The notes: generated by a model from the sequence alone, not told the origin. A DNA stretch of 64,000 nucleotides from an uncultured bacterium (GCA_963801165.1 CAWDDT010000006.1:192001-256000), one strand, 5' to 3'. Shown: positions 1 to 9,228, counted from the stretch's first letter. Made by a program: numbers and translations.

Positions 1-33
1 CTTCGGCCTCTTGCGATCGGAAGCGTCAAAACC

Positions 34-822
34 ATGACCAGCAGGGACTACAGGTTCACCCGCCGACCACGCTGGATCGCAGGGCACATCATCGCTCTCG
101 TCGCCATCATCGTGTTCGTCAACATGGGTCTGTGGCAGATCCGGCGGCTCCACGAGAAGCAGGCGTTCAATAAAATCGTGACGAGCCGCACTACGCAGAC
201 AGCCCAATCCATCGATGACCTCCTCGCCGAGTATGGACAGGACCAGGACGCCCTCGAGCTACGGTCGGTCGTCGCCAAGGGCGTGTACAACGTCGCCGAC
301 GAGGTCATTCTGCGCTCGCGCTCGTACAACGGCCTTTCGGGGCACCATGTCCTGACCCCGCTCGAGCTCGGTGACGGACGGGCGATAATCGTCGATCGAG
401 GATGGGTACCTATCGATCTCGACTCTCCGGGGCGGACTGAGTTCCTACCACCGGACGGCCCCGTTGAAGTGCGCGGGGTACTTCGCAAGACCGAGGTCCG
501 GGGGAGCTTTGGGCCTGTAGATCCCGCCGAGGGGTTGCTGAGCCAGATCTCCCGGGTCGATATAGCCAGGCTCGACCAACAGACCGAGAGCGAGCTCGTG
601 CCGGTGTACATAGAGCTTACGGCACAGGAGCCCCCGCAATCGGGTGAGCTACCCGTCATCGTCCCGCTACCGCAGCCATCCGAGGGACCCCACCGCGGGT
701 ATGCCGTCCAATGGTTCCTATTCACGGGCGTCGTGGTGGTGGGCTACCCGATACTGCTGCGACGAACCGCCGAGACCGAGGCCGAAGCATCGGGCCATAC
801 CGGCGCGGAGCCGTCCGGGTAG
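34..822 (+). CDS. SURF1 family protein (cytochrome oxidase assembly)
   Basis: N-terminal TM with MGLWQIRR, internal GHHVLTPL and IVDRGWVP, C-terminal HRGYAVQWF followed by a TM. Confidence 0.92.
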   Translation: MTSRDYRFTRRPRWIAGHIIALVAIIVFVNMGLWQIRRLHEKQAFNKIVTSRTTQTAQSIDDLLAEYGQDQDALELRSVVAKGVYNVADEVILRSRSYNGLSGHHVLTPLELGDGRAIIVDRGWVPIDLDSPGRTEFLPPDGPVEVRGVLRKTEVRGSFGPVDPAEGLLSQISRVDIARLDQQTESELVPVYIELTAQEPPQSGELPVIVPLPQPSEGPHRGYAVQWFLFTGVVVVGYPILLRRTAETEAEASGHTGAEPSG

Positions 823-865
823 CTGGTCGCGCAGAACCACGGTCCGCGTCGAGGTGGTCGCAGTC

Positions 866-1435
866 CTAGCTCTGCGACTCTTTCCACGCCTTCTTGCGCA
901 CCTTCAGGTCGGCCAGATCATCAAGCGACTCGACATCGGCGATCGAGGGCCACGTCGGCGCGTACTCCTCCCAACCGTCCGGGCGCACGTCGAACCGGCG
1001 GGCGAGCACGCCGACGTAGATGCGCGCCTTGTACTCACCGAATCCGGGAATCGCAAGCAGGCGGCCCATGAGCTCTCCGGCGTCGCCCGCACCATCCCAC
1101 AGAGACGGCACGGCGCCGCCGTAGAGGTCGCTGATGTGCTCGCATACACCCTGCACCCGTTTCGCCATTGCACCCGGGAAGCGGTGCAGCGCCGGCTTCT
1201 CCTTGAAGAGACCTTCGAGCTTTTCCGGATCCATGGCCGCCAGCGCCGCCGCGTCCAGGGGCTCACCGAGCCTCTCCCGGAGTACAAGCGGACTGGAGAA
1301 CGCCTTCTCGGTGGTGACCTGCTGATGAAGAACGAGCCCGATCAGGAAGGCAAGCGGGTCTGTTGCGATGAGGGCATTGGCCTCCGGATCGGTGGTGAGG
1401 AACAGTTCCCGGGGTGTCTTCATGAGGTCTCCCAT
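866..1435 (-). CDS. HhH-GPD family protein (actinobacterial uncharacterised type)
   Basis: DPLAFLIGLVLHQQV, PALHRFPGAMAKRVQ and HhH motif LLAIPGFGEYKA; start may be 1423. Confidence 0.85.
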   Translation of the reverse strand: MGDLMKTPRELFLTTDPEANALIATDPLAFLIGLVLHQQVTTEKAFSSPLVLRERLGEPLDAAALAAMDPEKLEGLFKEKPALHRFPGAMAKRVQGVCEHISDLYGGAVPSLWDGAGDAGELMGRLLAIPGFGEYKARIYVGVLARRFDVRPDGWEEYAPTWPSIADVESLDDLADLKVRKKAWKESQS

Positions 1436-1475
1436 CTTCTCCGCCCTATGCTGCGCATTCTGGGAAGGAGCGTAG

Positions 1476-2192
1476 ATGACCGAGAAGATCTACTCGACGG
1501 ATGCCTATGCGCGCACGATGGACGCCGTCGTCATCAGGAACGACCGTGACGACAACAGGGTCCTGCTCGATCGAACCGTCTTTTATCCCGGCGGGGGTGG
1601 ACAGCCTCATGACCTGGGCTCTCTGTCGATCGGTGACGACAAACTGGCCGTCGTCCGGGTCACCGCTGACAGCGACGGTGTCTGGCACTGGCTCGAGGGG
1701 AGTCTTCCCGCCGCCGGAACTGCACTGCGGGGGGAACTCGATTGGGAGCGGCGCTACCGCCTGATGCGGACCCACACAGCCATGCATGCGATGTGCGGCG
1801 TGATCTGGCGACGCTATGAGGTACCGGTGACGGGAGGAAACATGGATGTGGGGGAGGGGCGCCTCGACTTCGAACTGCATGACTGGGACCCCGCCCACAG
1901 GCCGGAGGTGGAGGCGGAGCTCAACGCCGAGTTGGCGTCACGCCTCCCTGTTGAGGTTTCCTTCCTTCCCCGGGAGGACGCCGATCAGGATCCCAGCCTG
2001 ATTCGCACCAAGGTCAGCCTGCTACCACCCGATCTGCGTGAGGTGAGGGTCATCGACATCGTCGGGCTGGATCGGCAAGCCGACGGTGGCACCCACGTCG
2101 GCTCCACGGGTGAAGTCGGTTCGATCACGCTGGCAACCGTCAAGTCAAAAGGGCGCGGTTTCCGACGGTTCCGCTTCACCGTCAACGCATAG
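1476..2192 (+). CDS. alaX: AlaX-type alanyl-tRNA editing protein
   Basis: LDRTVFYPGGGGQPHD, MRTHTAMH and DGGTHV Zn motifs; AAGGAG RBS upstream. Confidence 0.9.
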   Translation: MTEKIYSTDAYARTMDAVVIRNDRDDNRVLLDRTVFYPGGGGQPHDLGSLSIGDDKLAVVRVTADSDGVWHWLEGSLPAAGTALRGELDWERRYRLMRTHTAMHAMCGVIWRRYEVPVTGGNMDVGEGRLDFELHDWDPAHRPEVEAELNAELASRLPVEVSFLPREDADQDPSLIRTKVSLLPPDLREVRVIDIVGLDRQADGGTHVGSTGEVGSITLATVKSKGRGFRRFRFTVNA

Positions 2193-2223
2193 TCGGGGCC
2201 GGATCGAGTGAGCCGCTAGCCTG

Positions 2224-2238
2224 TCGTCACTGTGACGA
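2224..2238. promoter_or_regulatory. Perfect palindrome TCGTCAC-T-GTGACGA overlapping the GTG start at 2232 (candidate operator)
   Basis: Read directly; the same 13-bp core recurs at 4007-4019. Confidence 0.55.
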
Positions 2239-2591
2239 AACCAACCAGGACCGGTCGTTGCGAGTGGTGCGGATTGGAATTCACCCTGCCCGGGGGACCG
2301 GGCCGACCGTCCCGTTACTGTCGCCGGTCCCACCGCCAACGAGCGTACGAGGCCCGGCGGCTTGCCGGAGAGAGGGGCATCCGTCCCGATGAGGTGCTGC
2401 TGGCGCGCCGGACATGGGAGGCCCTGCGCGACGCTCTGTACCGGCTCGAGGCAGCGTCCGAGGACGTTGCTATGGACCTCATGGCGGGGAGACCAACCAA
2501 GACCGAGTACGTCGCAGCCCTGGCGCACCTGACCGCTGCCGTGGGAGATCTCCAGGAGATCGCAGTTGAGCCGATCGCGGTGAGGGACTGA
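2232..2591 (+). CDS. Small hypothetical protein with N-terminal Zn-finger-like motif and helical C-terminus
   Basis: CEWC..GRPSRYCRRSHRQRAYE; GTG start preceded by TAGCCT. Confidence 0.75.
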   Translation: MTKPTRTGRCEWCGLEFTLPGGPGRPSRYCRRSHRQRAYEARRLAGERGIRPDEVLLARRTWEALRDALYRLEAASEDVAMDLMAGRPTKTEYVAALAHLTAAVGDLQEIAVEPIAVRD

Positions 2592-2604
2592 CCCGACCGC
2601 GACG

Positions 2605-3000
2605 CTACGGCGCGATCCACTCGGCGAACCCGGCCCGAACCTCGCCGCCCTCTGGAGGGCGCATGCGCAGATCCACCGCCGTCCAGACCGTCTTCGAGAA
2701 GGGGTAGAAGAAGATGGGGAACAGCACGGCAGTGCCCGTGACAATGGCGGTGAGTGGCACCACGGGCAGCTCAGGGAACGTAGCGATGAGCCCGACCAGG
2801 CCGACGATGAACACGACGATGATGCTCAAGACGGTGTTGACGCCAAGAGCCCCGGTGAGGTGACCCTCGACACGCTCGAATTTGAGATCGCAGCGGGGAC
2901 AATGCTCCACCATTGCGAACCAGCGGCGAAACAAGTGACCCTGGCCGCAGACGGGACACCGCCTGGTGAATCCCCGCAACAAGAGTCGAGTCAGGATCAA
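2605..3000 (-). CDS. DUF983 family membrane protein
   Basis: RCPVCGQGHLF and CPRC followed by two TM helices; 4 nt downstream of ppk2. Confidence 0.8.
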   Translation of the reverse strand: MILTRLLLRGFTRRCPVCGQGHLFRRWFAMVEHCPRCDLKFERVEGHLTGALGVNTVLSIIVVFIVGLVGLIATFPELPVVPLTAIVTGTAVLFPIFFYPFSKTVWTAVDLRMRPPEGGEVRAGFAEWIAP

Positions 3001-3004
3001 CTGG

Positions 3005-3916
3005 CTACTTGGTGAACTTGCCGTCTCTGAGGCGCTCGGCTTCCATCAGCTCGAGCTCGCGGGCGCCTGAGATGGCCACGACAGGATCGGGGGCGAAATC
3101 CAGATCTGTGTTTCGGTTCCTGTACGGCACCGAGTTGAGGATAACTTTCATGGAGTTCAGCCGGGCGAGATGCTTGTTCTCGGAACGGATGATGGTCCAC
3201 GGAGCCACAACGGTGGAGGTTCGCTTCAGCATGTTGTACTTCATCTCGGTGTACTCGTCCCACTTGTCCTGAGCCTGCATATCGACCTCGGACAGTTTCC
3301 ACTGGCGTAGTGGGTCGGATGTGCGTCGCTGGAACCGGTGCTCCTGTTCCGCCTTGGTGACACTGAAGTACAGCTTGACGAGATTGGTGTTCTGACGAAC
3401 CAGGTCCTTTTCGAAGCCGACAACACCTCTGAGAAAGGTCTTGTATTCCTCCTCCGTACAGAAGCCGAGCACTGGTTCCACCATGGCCCGGTTGTACCAC
3501 GACCGATCGAAGAGGACGATCTCCCCACCGGTGGGGAAGTGGCCGACGTAGCGTTGGAAGTACCACTGGTTGCGCTGTTCTACAGTCGGTTTACCAAGTG
3601 CTACCACGCGGTAATGCTTTTCGTTCATGTAGCGGGTAACCCGGCGAATCGTCCCGCCCTTGCCGGCTGCGTCGCGCCCTTCGAAGAGAACGATCATCCT
3701 GATGTTCTCTTCCTCCAGGTAGTCCTGGAGCTTGAGCAGCTCCACTTGGAAGGGACGGAGTTGTCGGTCGAGGTTGTGTTGCCGCTCGGCCTTCTCGGCT
3801 TTGTCGAGTCGTCGCTTGAGGTCCGCCACCTGAGCCCGCAACCTCTCCACCTCGGACAATTCATCGAGGTCGGGGGCAGGAACGGGACGGAAGGGCTTTT
3901 GCTCAGGTGTAGTCAT
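3005..3916 (-). CDS. ppk2: Polyphosphate kinase 2 (single domain, N-terminal coiled coil)
   Basis: FEGRDAAGKGG Walker A, FDRSWYNR, DPLRQWKLS; start set at ATG 3916 downstream of a predicted promoter. Confidence 0.95.
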   Translation of the reverse strand: MTTPEQKPFRPVPAPDLDELSEVERLRAQVADLKRRLDKAEKAERQHNLDRQLRPFQVELLKLQDYLEEENIRMIVLFEGRDAAGKGGTIRRVTRYMNEKHYRVVALGKPTVEQRNQWYFQRYVGHFPTGGEIVLFDRSWYNRAMVEPVLGFCTEEEYKTFLRGVVGFEKDLVRQNTNLVKLYFSVTKAEQEHRFQRRTSDPLRQWKLSEVDMQAQDKWDEYTEMKYNMLKRTSTVVAPWTIIRSENKHLARLNSMKVILNSVPYRNRNTDLDFAPDPVVAISGARELELMEAERLRDGKFTK

Positions 3917-3946
3917 CAACACACTCGCCAACGGTCGAAGACCGGC

Positions 3947-3975
3947 AGGATACAACCGAACCACCGACCATTCAA
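3947..3975 (-). promoter_or_regulatory. Sigma70-type promoter for ppk2
   Basis: Minus strand TTGAAT, 17-nt spacer, TATCCT. Confidence 0.6.
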
Positions 3976-4006
3976 TGCCTGTCACTTTTGGCTCCGCTCC
4001 CTAATC

Positions 4007-4019
4007 CGTCACAGTGACG
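4007..4019. promoter_or_regulatory. Palindrome CGTCAC-A-GTGACG upstream of the ppk2 promoter
   Basis: Reverse complement of the 13-mer at 2225-2237. Confidence 0.55.
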
Positions 4020-4066
4020 CTTTAGCTGATGAGTGAACCGGCAATAGGGAAGGAGGAGTTTTGCCG

Positions 4067-4468
4067 CTATTGGTAGAAGAGGTCGTCGACCGACGCCGTC
4101 CACCGCGACAGCGCAAGACCCAGCATGAAACCGATCGCTCGCAGACAGAGCGTCGCCAACGCCAGGGTGAGGAAGAAGTTCCAAGGCACCGGGGTTCCTG
4201 CGGCGAAGACCATCCCACAGACCGACGAGATCAAGGTGGCCAGCCAGCGATGCATGACGTCTGCCCGGTGCGTCTCGGCCCGGTGCAGCTCGGCCTCACG
4301 TTTGGCTTCGCTCAGTGTCCGGGTTGTTGCCAGCGGCGGGTTGACAACGTGTACGGCGGTCGTCGCCGCCGGCACGTCGGTGTTCAGTACCCAGCGAAAC
4401 GGTGCAGCAGACCGAATGACGTAGCCGTTGGCCCGTAATCCCTCGGTATCGCGTCTCCACTCGAGCAT
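4067..4468 (-). CDS. Hypothetical membrane protein (two C-terminal TMs)
   Basis: 133-aa ORF with hydrophobic C-terminal helices; no family recognised. Confidence 0.65.
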   Translation of the reverse strand: MLEWRRDTEGLRANGYVIRSAAPFRWVLNTDVPAATTAVHVVNPPLATTRTLSEAKREAELHRAETHRADVMHRWLATLISSVCGMVFAAGTPVPWNFFLTLALATLCLRAIGFMLGLALSRWTASVDDLFYQ

Positions 4469-4563
4469 TCATCCAGAATACCGAGGAAATGCCAGAACTG
4501 GGGGGCTTCGAGCACCGCTTCATTCAACCCGTTGTTGTGTTGAGAGTGCCCATAATCCACGTT

Positions 4564-4787
4564 ATGTATAGTTCAAGGGGTGGTTGAGGGTACGGTGACA
4601 TACGCCTCTCCCCTGCCGATCGGGAGGCGTTCACCGCTCGGTACTCTGCCAAGCCCTTCGTCAACTACGGAGCGAGCATCGCCGAACACGTCGAGGTTCC
4701 CGATACGTTGCTTGCTGATCCGGAGCAGTTGGGAGCGTATCTGGCAATGACCCGGGCGTATTGACGCTCCCACCCAAGAAGACGTAG
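4564..4787 (+). pseudogene. Probable degraded remnant of a small TfoX-like hypothetical protein
   Basis: Frame reads MYSSRGG*GYGDIRLSPADREAFTARYSAKPFVNYGASIAEHVEVPDTLLADPEQLGAYLAMTRAY*, then TLPPKKT* in a shifted frame; family resemblance is from memory. Confidence 0.5.
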
Positions 4788-4805
4788 CGCCCCACGGTCG
4801 CCCCT

Positions 4806-4866
4806 TGAGCGCAAGAGACATACCCCGTGAGCTCAAGAGACATACCCCGTGAGCGCAAGAGACATA
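4806..4866. repeat. 22-bp tandem repeat, about 2.8 copies (TGAGCGCAAGAGACATACCCCG)
   Basis: Copies start at 4806, 4828 (one mismatch) and 4850 (partial). Confidence 0.9.
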
Positions 4867-4910
4867 AGGTGCGGAGACGAAGTTACGCAGGTTGCGACCG
4901 AGGAGTGCGC

Positions 4911-5330
4911 ATGTTCCATTTCTTCCGCATCTGGATCCTGGTCGTCGGGGTCGCACTGGCAATCGCCGGAACCCTGTTGGTGCTCCTGGCCGGAACACCG
5001 GCGAGCGGGTGGATGAATCGTCTCCTCGATGCCCCGTTCTGGGAAGACGGACCAGACGAGACCACAAAGAGCTTCCAAGCCTGGGCCTACAGCGTGACAT
5101 TTGCCACCATGGCCGGTTGGGGGACGTTGCTCGCGTTCATCGCAGCAAATCCCTTCGCCGCCCGGCAATCATGGGCTTGGTGGGCGATCACGACCAGCTT
5201 GGCCATCTGGTATCCGCTCGACACCGGACGCTCGTTGTATCACCGGGTCTACATCAACGCCATCCTCAACACCGGCCTGCTGGTTGTGCTCGCCGTCCCC
5301 CTCGCTTTCACCTACGGCGGCTTTTCCTAG
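4911..5330 (+). CDS. Hypothetical 4-TM membrane protein
   Basis: GAGGAG RBS before ATG 4911; four hydrophobic segments. Confidence 0.75.
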   Translation: MFHFFRIWILVVGVALAIAGTLLVLLAGTPASGWMNRLLDAPFWEDGPDETTKSFQAWAYSVTFATMAGWGTLLAFIAANPFAARQSWAWWAITTSLAIWYPLDTGRSLYHRVYINAILNTGLLVVLAVPLAFTYGGFS

Positions 5331-5442
5331 GAGGCGTCCAGCCAGCAACGCGACGAGTCGCGTCGGTTCGGGCGTTGCCAGGGAGATTCCGCGCATCGCC
5401 GCGAAGTGACGGCGACTCGGCCGGGGTCTACGCTGTCTTGCA

Positions 5443-6111
5443 ATGTGCTTCTCGCCGGAGGTTGACCTCATCGGCGGTGCTGCGATCGCGGCCATTGGCA
5501 TCGACACACTGCGCCATGTTGAACACAGGAGCGAACGCCCCCTTGCGATCCTCCCTATTGTGTTCGGCCTCCATCAGGTAACCGAGTCCTTTGTGTGGTG
5601 GGGTCTTGATGGACACGTGGCCTCCAATGTGGGTGATGCTGCGGCCTGGCTATATCTGGTAGTGGCGTTTGGCTTGCTCCCCTGGTTTGTCCCCTGGACG
5701 ATCCGTCGCCTGGAGCCAGACCACCGCAAGCGTGCGTACGTCTCTGCTCTTGTCGCGGCGGGCGTATTGGTGAGCATCTACTTGATCATCCCCGTCATCA
5801 ATGGACCGATTCGAGTGGTGGACGGCGGCTTCTATCTCGCATACTCCGTGTCACTCACCTTCGGCGGGGCCGCCACCGCGATCTACGTCGCAACTACTTG
5901 TGGACCTCTCCTCATTTCGTCAGACCGCTATCTGGTTCGGTACGGGATGGCCAATCTCGGTGCTGTCGCGGTCTTGTCCATTCTGATGGTGTCGGGGGTC
6001 ATCTCGCTCTGGTGCGTGTGGGCGGCGATAACCAGCATCGCAATCGCCGTGCATCTCCGACGTACCGACAAACACCGCGGGCGTTTCCCTCTGGTGTTGC
6101 GGCCGCTGTAA
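5443..6111 (+). CDS. DUF6629-like polytopic membrane protein
   Basis: MCFS start, LHQVTESFVW, SLWCVWAA; TACGCT 8 nt before ATG. Confidence 0.8.
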   Translation: MCFSPEVDLIGGAAIAAIGIDTLRHVEHRSERPLAILPIVFGLHQVTESFVWWGLDGHVASNVGDAAAWLYLVVAFGLLPWFVPWTIRRLEPDHRKRAYVSALVAAGVLVSIYLIIPVINGPIRVVDGGFYLAYSVSLTFGGAATAIYVATTCGPLLISSDRYLVRYGMANLGAVAVLSILMVSGVISLWCVWAAITSIAIAVHLRRTDKHRGRFPLVLRPL

Positions 6112-6321
6112 GCAAGCGTCTAGCAGGCCGCAGGCTTCCATCGAGTGATTCACCGTCCCCGGCAACGGCGGGACCCGGGCGGCCCATTGGTAACGCCACC
6201 CGAGCCGGCCCGCGCCGTGGTTTGCTCCACCGCACGATGGCGCCCCGCATCCCCACGATATGGCCTGAACGGCTCTAGTCGTCCGATCCAGATCGCCGGA
6301 TCATCGCGCCAGAAGGAGGTC

Positions 6322-6340
6322 AACCTGTCCACGACAGGTT
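6322..6340. promoter_or_regulatory. Perfect inverted repeat AACCTGTC-CAC-GACAGGTT (candidate operator)
   Basis: 8-3-8 palindrome 38 nt upstream of ATG 6379. Confidence 0.45.
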
Positions 6341-6378
6341 CGGTCACATCTTCAAGCAGGGGCGAAAGGGAAATCGAC

Positions 6379-7056
6379 ATGACCAGACCGAAACGTCGCA
6401 AGCAAGCGACACTTACCGCGTTGGTTGGCAGCGTGATTGCGCTCCAGATACTGGGCCGTACCTCCGGGTCAACCCGGGCCGAGCGGCGCTCCACAATGCC
6501 GGGCGACTGCATAGTGCCACGCCCCAACCTATCGACTACACACGCCACCACGATCGCGGCGCCACCCGAGTGTGTATGGCCCTGGCTGATCCAGATGGGA
6601 TGGCACCAGGGCGGCTTCTACACATCGCCGCTGATCGATCGAGTTCTCTTCCCGGTGAATGCCCCTTCCGTCGACTACGTCATCCCGGAGCTGCAGACTC
6701 GCGAGGTGGGCGACTTCATCCCGGACGGACCGCCGGAAGCAGAGTGCGGCTATACGATCGCGGGGCTCGAGTACGAGCGGTCCCTAGTTCTTCACTCACA
6801 ATCGCACCTTCCGCTCGCCTGGAGACAACGTCTCGGAGCCCGACTCGACTGGACGTGGGACTTCCAGCTGGCGCCGGTGGATGCCGGCACACGCTTGATC
6901 TTCCGTGCCCGCGGAGTCACGGGCCCGTGGTGGGTCTGGGCTCTGTACCAGCTGGTGGTTGTGCCTGCCGACTACATCATGGCGACGCAGATGATGCGAG
7001 GGGTGGCACGGCGTGCCGAGAGGCTCGCCGCTAATTCGCCGATGGCGGTGCCCTAG
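6379..7056 (+). CDS. SRPBCC/START-like hypothetical protein
   Basis: TIAAPPECVWPWLIQMG..GGFY and WTWDFQL...GTRLI; AAAGGG RBS. Confidence 0.75.
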   Translation: MTRPKRRKQATLTALVGSVIALQILGRTSGSTRAERRSTMPGDCIVPRPNLSTTHATTIAAPPECVWPWLIQMGWHQGGFYTSPLIDRVLFPVNAPSVDYVIPELQTREVGDFIPDGPPEAECGYTIAGLEYERSLVLHSQSHLPLAWRQRLGARLDWTWDFQLAPVDAGTRLIFRARGVTGPWWVWALYQLVVVPADYIMATQMMRGVARRAERLAANSPMAVP

Positions 7057-7097
7057 CTGATCGACCGACTCTTTCTGATGGCAGCGGCTGTTGGCCC

Positions 7098-8855
7098 CTA
7101 GTCGGCGGCGAGATTGTCCGCGGCGAGATTGTCGGCGAGATCGGTCAGCTCCAGCCAACGTGTCTCTGCCTCATCGACGGCATCGGTCGCGGCTGCGAGT
7201 GCCTGGGAGAGCTCTACAACGCGAGCAACATCCCATGCCTCTTCGGTCAGCCTGCTCGAGAGCCGATCTCGTTCGGCTTCGAGCTTGGGGATATCACGTG
7301 TCAACCGGTCGAGCTCACGTTGATCGTTGTATGTCAGTCGACGGGCTTTCCTTGTCGGCCGGGTGGTCGTGGCGACGGTCGGTTGAACGGTCTTGGCCGC
7401 GGCAAGCATGCTGTCTCGATACGCGATCCATCCGCCCGGATGGTGGCGCACCGAGCCGTCAGGGTCGATCGAGAAGATGTCGGTGCAAGTCCGCTCCAGG
7501 AAGTAGCGGTCGTGACTGGCGACCACAAGGGCCCCGTCCCATGCATCGAGATACTCCTCGAGCACACTGAGCGTGTCGATATCCAGATCATTGGTTGGCT
7601 CATCGAGCAGCAGCAGGTTTGGTGCTTCCATGAGGCTCAACAACAACTCGAGCCTGCGCCGCTCCCCTCCCGACAGATCGCCTACTTCGGCTTGTTGCTG
7701 GTCACGGCTGAACAAGAATCGCTCGAGCAATTGGGCCCCTGAGACTCGGACGCCGCTCTTCAGGAACACTCCCTCGAGATGCTGGCGAACTGCGTCGTGA
7801 AGCCGCATCGTGGGAGGGATCGGTCGCGGGTCCTGGCCGTACCAGCCAACCTGGACGGTGGTTCCTGTTGACACCTTCCCTTCATCTGGTTCGAGCCGGC
7901 CCGCAACCAGGCTCAACAGAGTCGTCTTTCCCGCACCGTTGGGCCCGACCACACCAATACGGGCATCGGAGTGCAACTTGTACTCGACGTGCCGGACCAC
8001 CCATTGGTCGCCGTAGCTTTTGCCGACGTTGTGCAGGTCGACGACCTTCGACCCGAGACGCCTGGTCGGCAGATCGATGGTCAGGTCCTTGCGGGTGTCG
8101 TTTCTCTGCTCAGCCATCAGGTCGTGTGCCCTATCGATGCGGGCTCGCGATTTCGTGGTCCGTGCTTTCGGCGACCGACGCAGCCAGGCGAGTTCGGTCT
8201 TGATCCGTCGTTGCAGCCGGTGAGCCGCCGCCGTTTGCTGGGCATCACGAGTGGCAACCGCTTCGAGATAGCCCTGATATGTCCCCTGGTGGGAGTACAG
8301 CGACTGATCATGAACCTCGAGGACACGATTAGCGACCCTGTCGAGGAGAAATCTATCGTGCGTTACGAGGAGAACCGCCTCTCTCCTACCTCGCAGGTGG
8401 TCCTCCAGCCAATCGATGGAGTCGACATCCAGATGGTTGGTTGGCTCATCGAGTATCAGTAGATCGCACTCGGTTGCCAGGGCGACCGCCAACGCAAGTC
8501 GCTTCCGCTGGCCACCCGAGAGAGATGAACAAAGAGCCCCGGTGTCGGCCAATCCCAGGCGATGTGCCAGGGAAATGACTGGTCGGTCTGAACCGAGTAC
8601 ACCGGCGATCGTGTCGCTGCTGTCGAATTGGGGGTCCTGATCGAGGCGAGCGATCCGCAGGTCGCGAGCGCGGACGACGCCTCCTGAGTCGGGTTGGATG
8701 TCTCCGGCGATGAGCGCAAGCAGCGTCGACTTCCCCGACCCGTTCCGCCCGATGATGCCGATTCGTTCGCCCGCGCTGATACCTACCGAGATGTTTGACA
8801 AGACAGGATTCTCAGGGAACGCCTTCGAAACGTTCTCCAGGCTGAGCAAGTGCAT
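7098..8855 (-). CDS. ABC-F family ATPase (Uup-like)
   Basis: Two ABC domains (GRNGSGKST, LSGGQ, LDEPTNH; GPNGAGKTT, LSGGE, LDEPTND), no TMs, C-terminal coiled coil. Confidence 0.93.
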   Translation of the reverse strand: MHLLSLENVSKAFPENPVLSNISVGISAGERIGIIGRNGSGKSTLLALIAGDIQPDSGGVVRARDLRIARLDQDPQFDSSDTIAGVLGSDRPVISLAHRLGLADTGALCSSLSGGQRKRLALAVALATECDLLILDEPTNHLDVDSIDWLEDHLRGRREAVLLVTHDRFLLDRVANRVLEVHDQSLYSHQGTYQGYLEAVATRDAQQTAAAHRLQRRIKTELAWLRRSPKARTTKSRARIDRAHDLMAEQRNDTRKDLTIDLPTRRLGSKVVDLHNVGKSYGDQWVVRHVEYKLHSDARIGVVGPNGAGKTTLLSLVAGRLEPDEGKVSTGTTVQVGWYGQDPRPIPPTMRLHDAVRQHLEGVFLKSGVRVSGAQLLERFLFSRDQQQAEVGDLSGGERRRLELLLSLMEAPNLLLLDEPTNDLDIDTLSVLEEYLDAWDGALVVASHDRYFLERTCTDIFSIDPDGSVRHHPGGWIAYRDSMLAAAKTVQPTVATTTRPTRKARRLTYNDQRELDRLTRDIPKLEAERDRLSSRLTEEAWDVARVVELSQALAAATDAVDEAETRWLELTDLADNLAADNLAAD

Positions 8856-9185
8856 GGTCGCAGGCTAAGCGATGTGGCACCGTCGGGGGCGATATCGCGA
8901 CAGGCCGACGTCCCGGGCGCCCGACCCATATCCCGGTTGAGAAAGGGTGCACCTGAAGCAGATTCCCAGGCTATTGCCGGCCGCTACCCCATCGTCCTCG
9001 TCACCCCCGATCCAGGCTCCTCGTTGCATTCGCAGGCGCTGGGCCGCGTACCAACCGATGACGTCCTGAGCCTGTCCAGCCTGCCCGGGCCTTTCGGGCA
9101 TGTTTGAAGGGACTCGAAGGCTCGCTGCGGGGACATCCGACCCTAGCTACGCGTTCTGCTCTGACAGCAATATCGCCCACGGGCG

Positions 9186-9215
9186 TTTTCAGACTACGAC
9201 TTTTCAGACTACGAC
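9186..9215. repeat. 15-bp perfect tandem duplication (TTTTCAGACTACGAC x2) just upstream of the cydA RBS
   Basis: Read directly. Confidence 0.85.
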
Positions 9216-9228
9216 GAGGAGGGTCTAC

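Noticed and set aside
2224-2238. CRP/GlxR or BldD site
   Set aside because: Half-site order and spacing do not match TGTGA-N6-TCACA or the BldD consensus
4585-4587. In-frame TGA followed by a hairpin (4594-4635) as selenocysteine recoding
   Set aside because: No redox-motif context, and a second lesion downstream points to decay
9086-9123. DosR/DevR-like boxes upstream of cydA (GGGCCTTTCGGGCA, GGGACTCGAAGGCTC)
   Set aside because: Poor match and wrong spacing relative to GGGAC-N4-GTCCC
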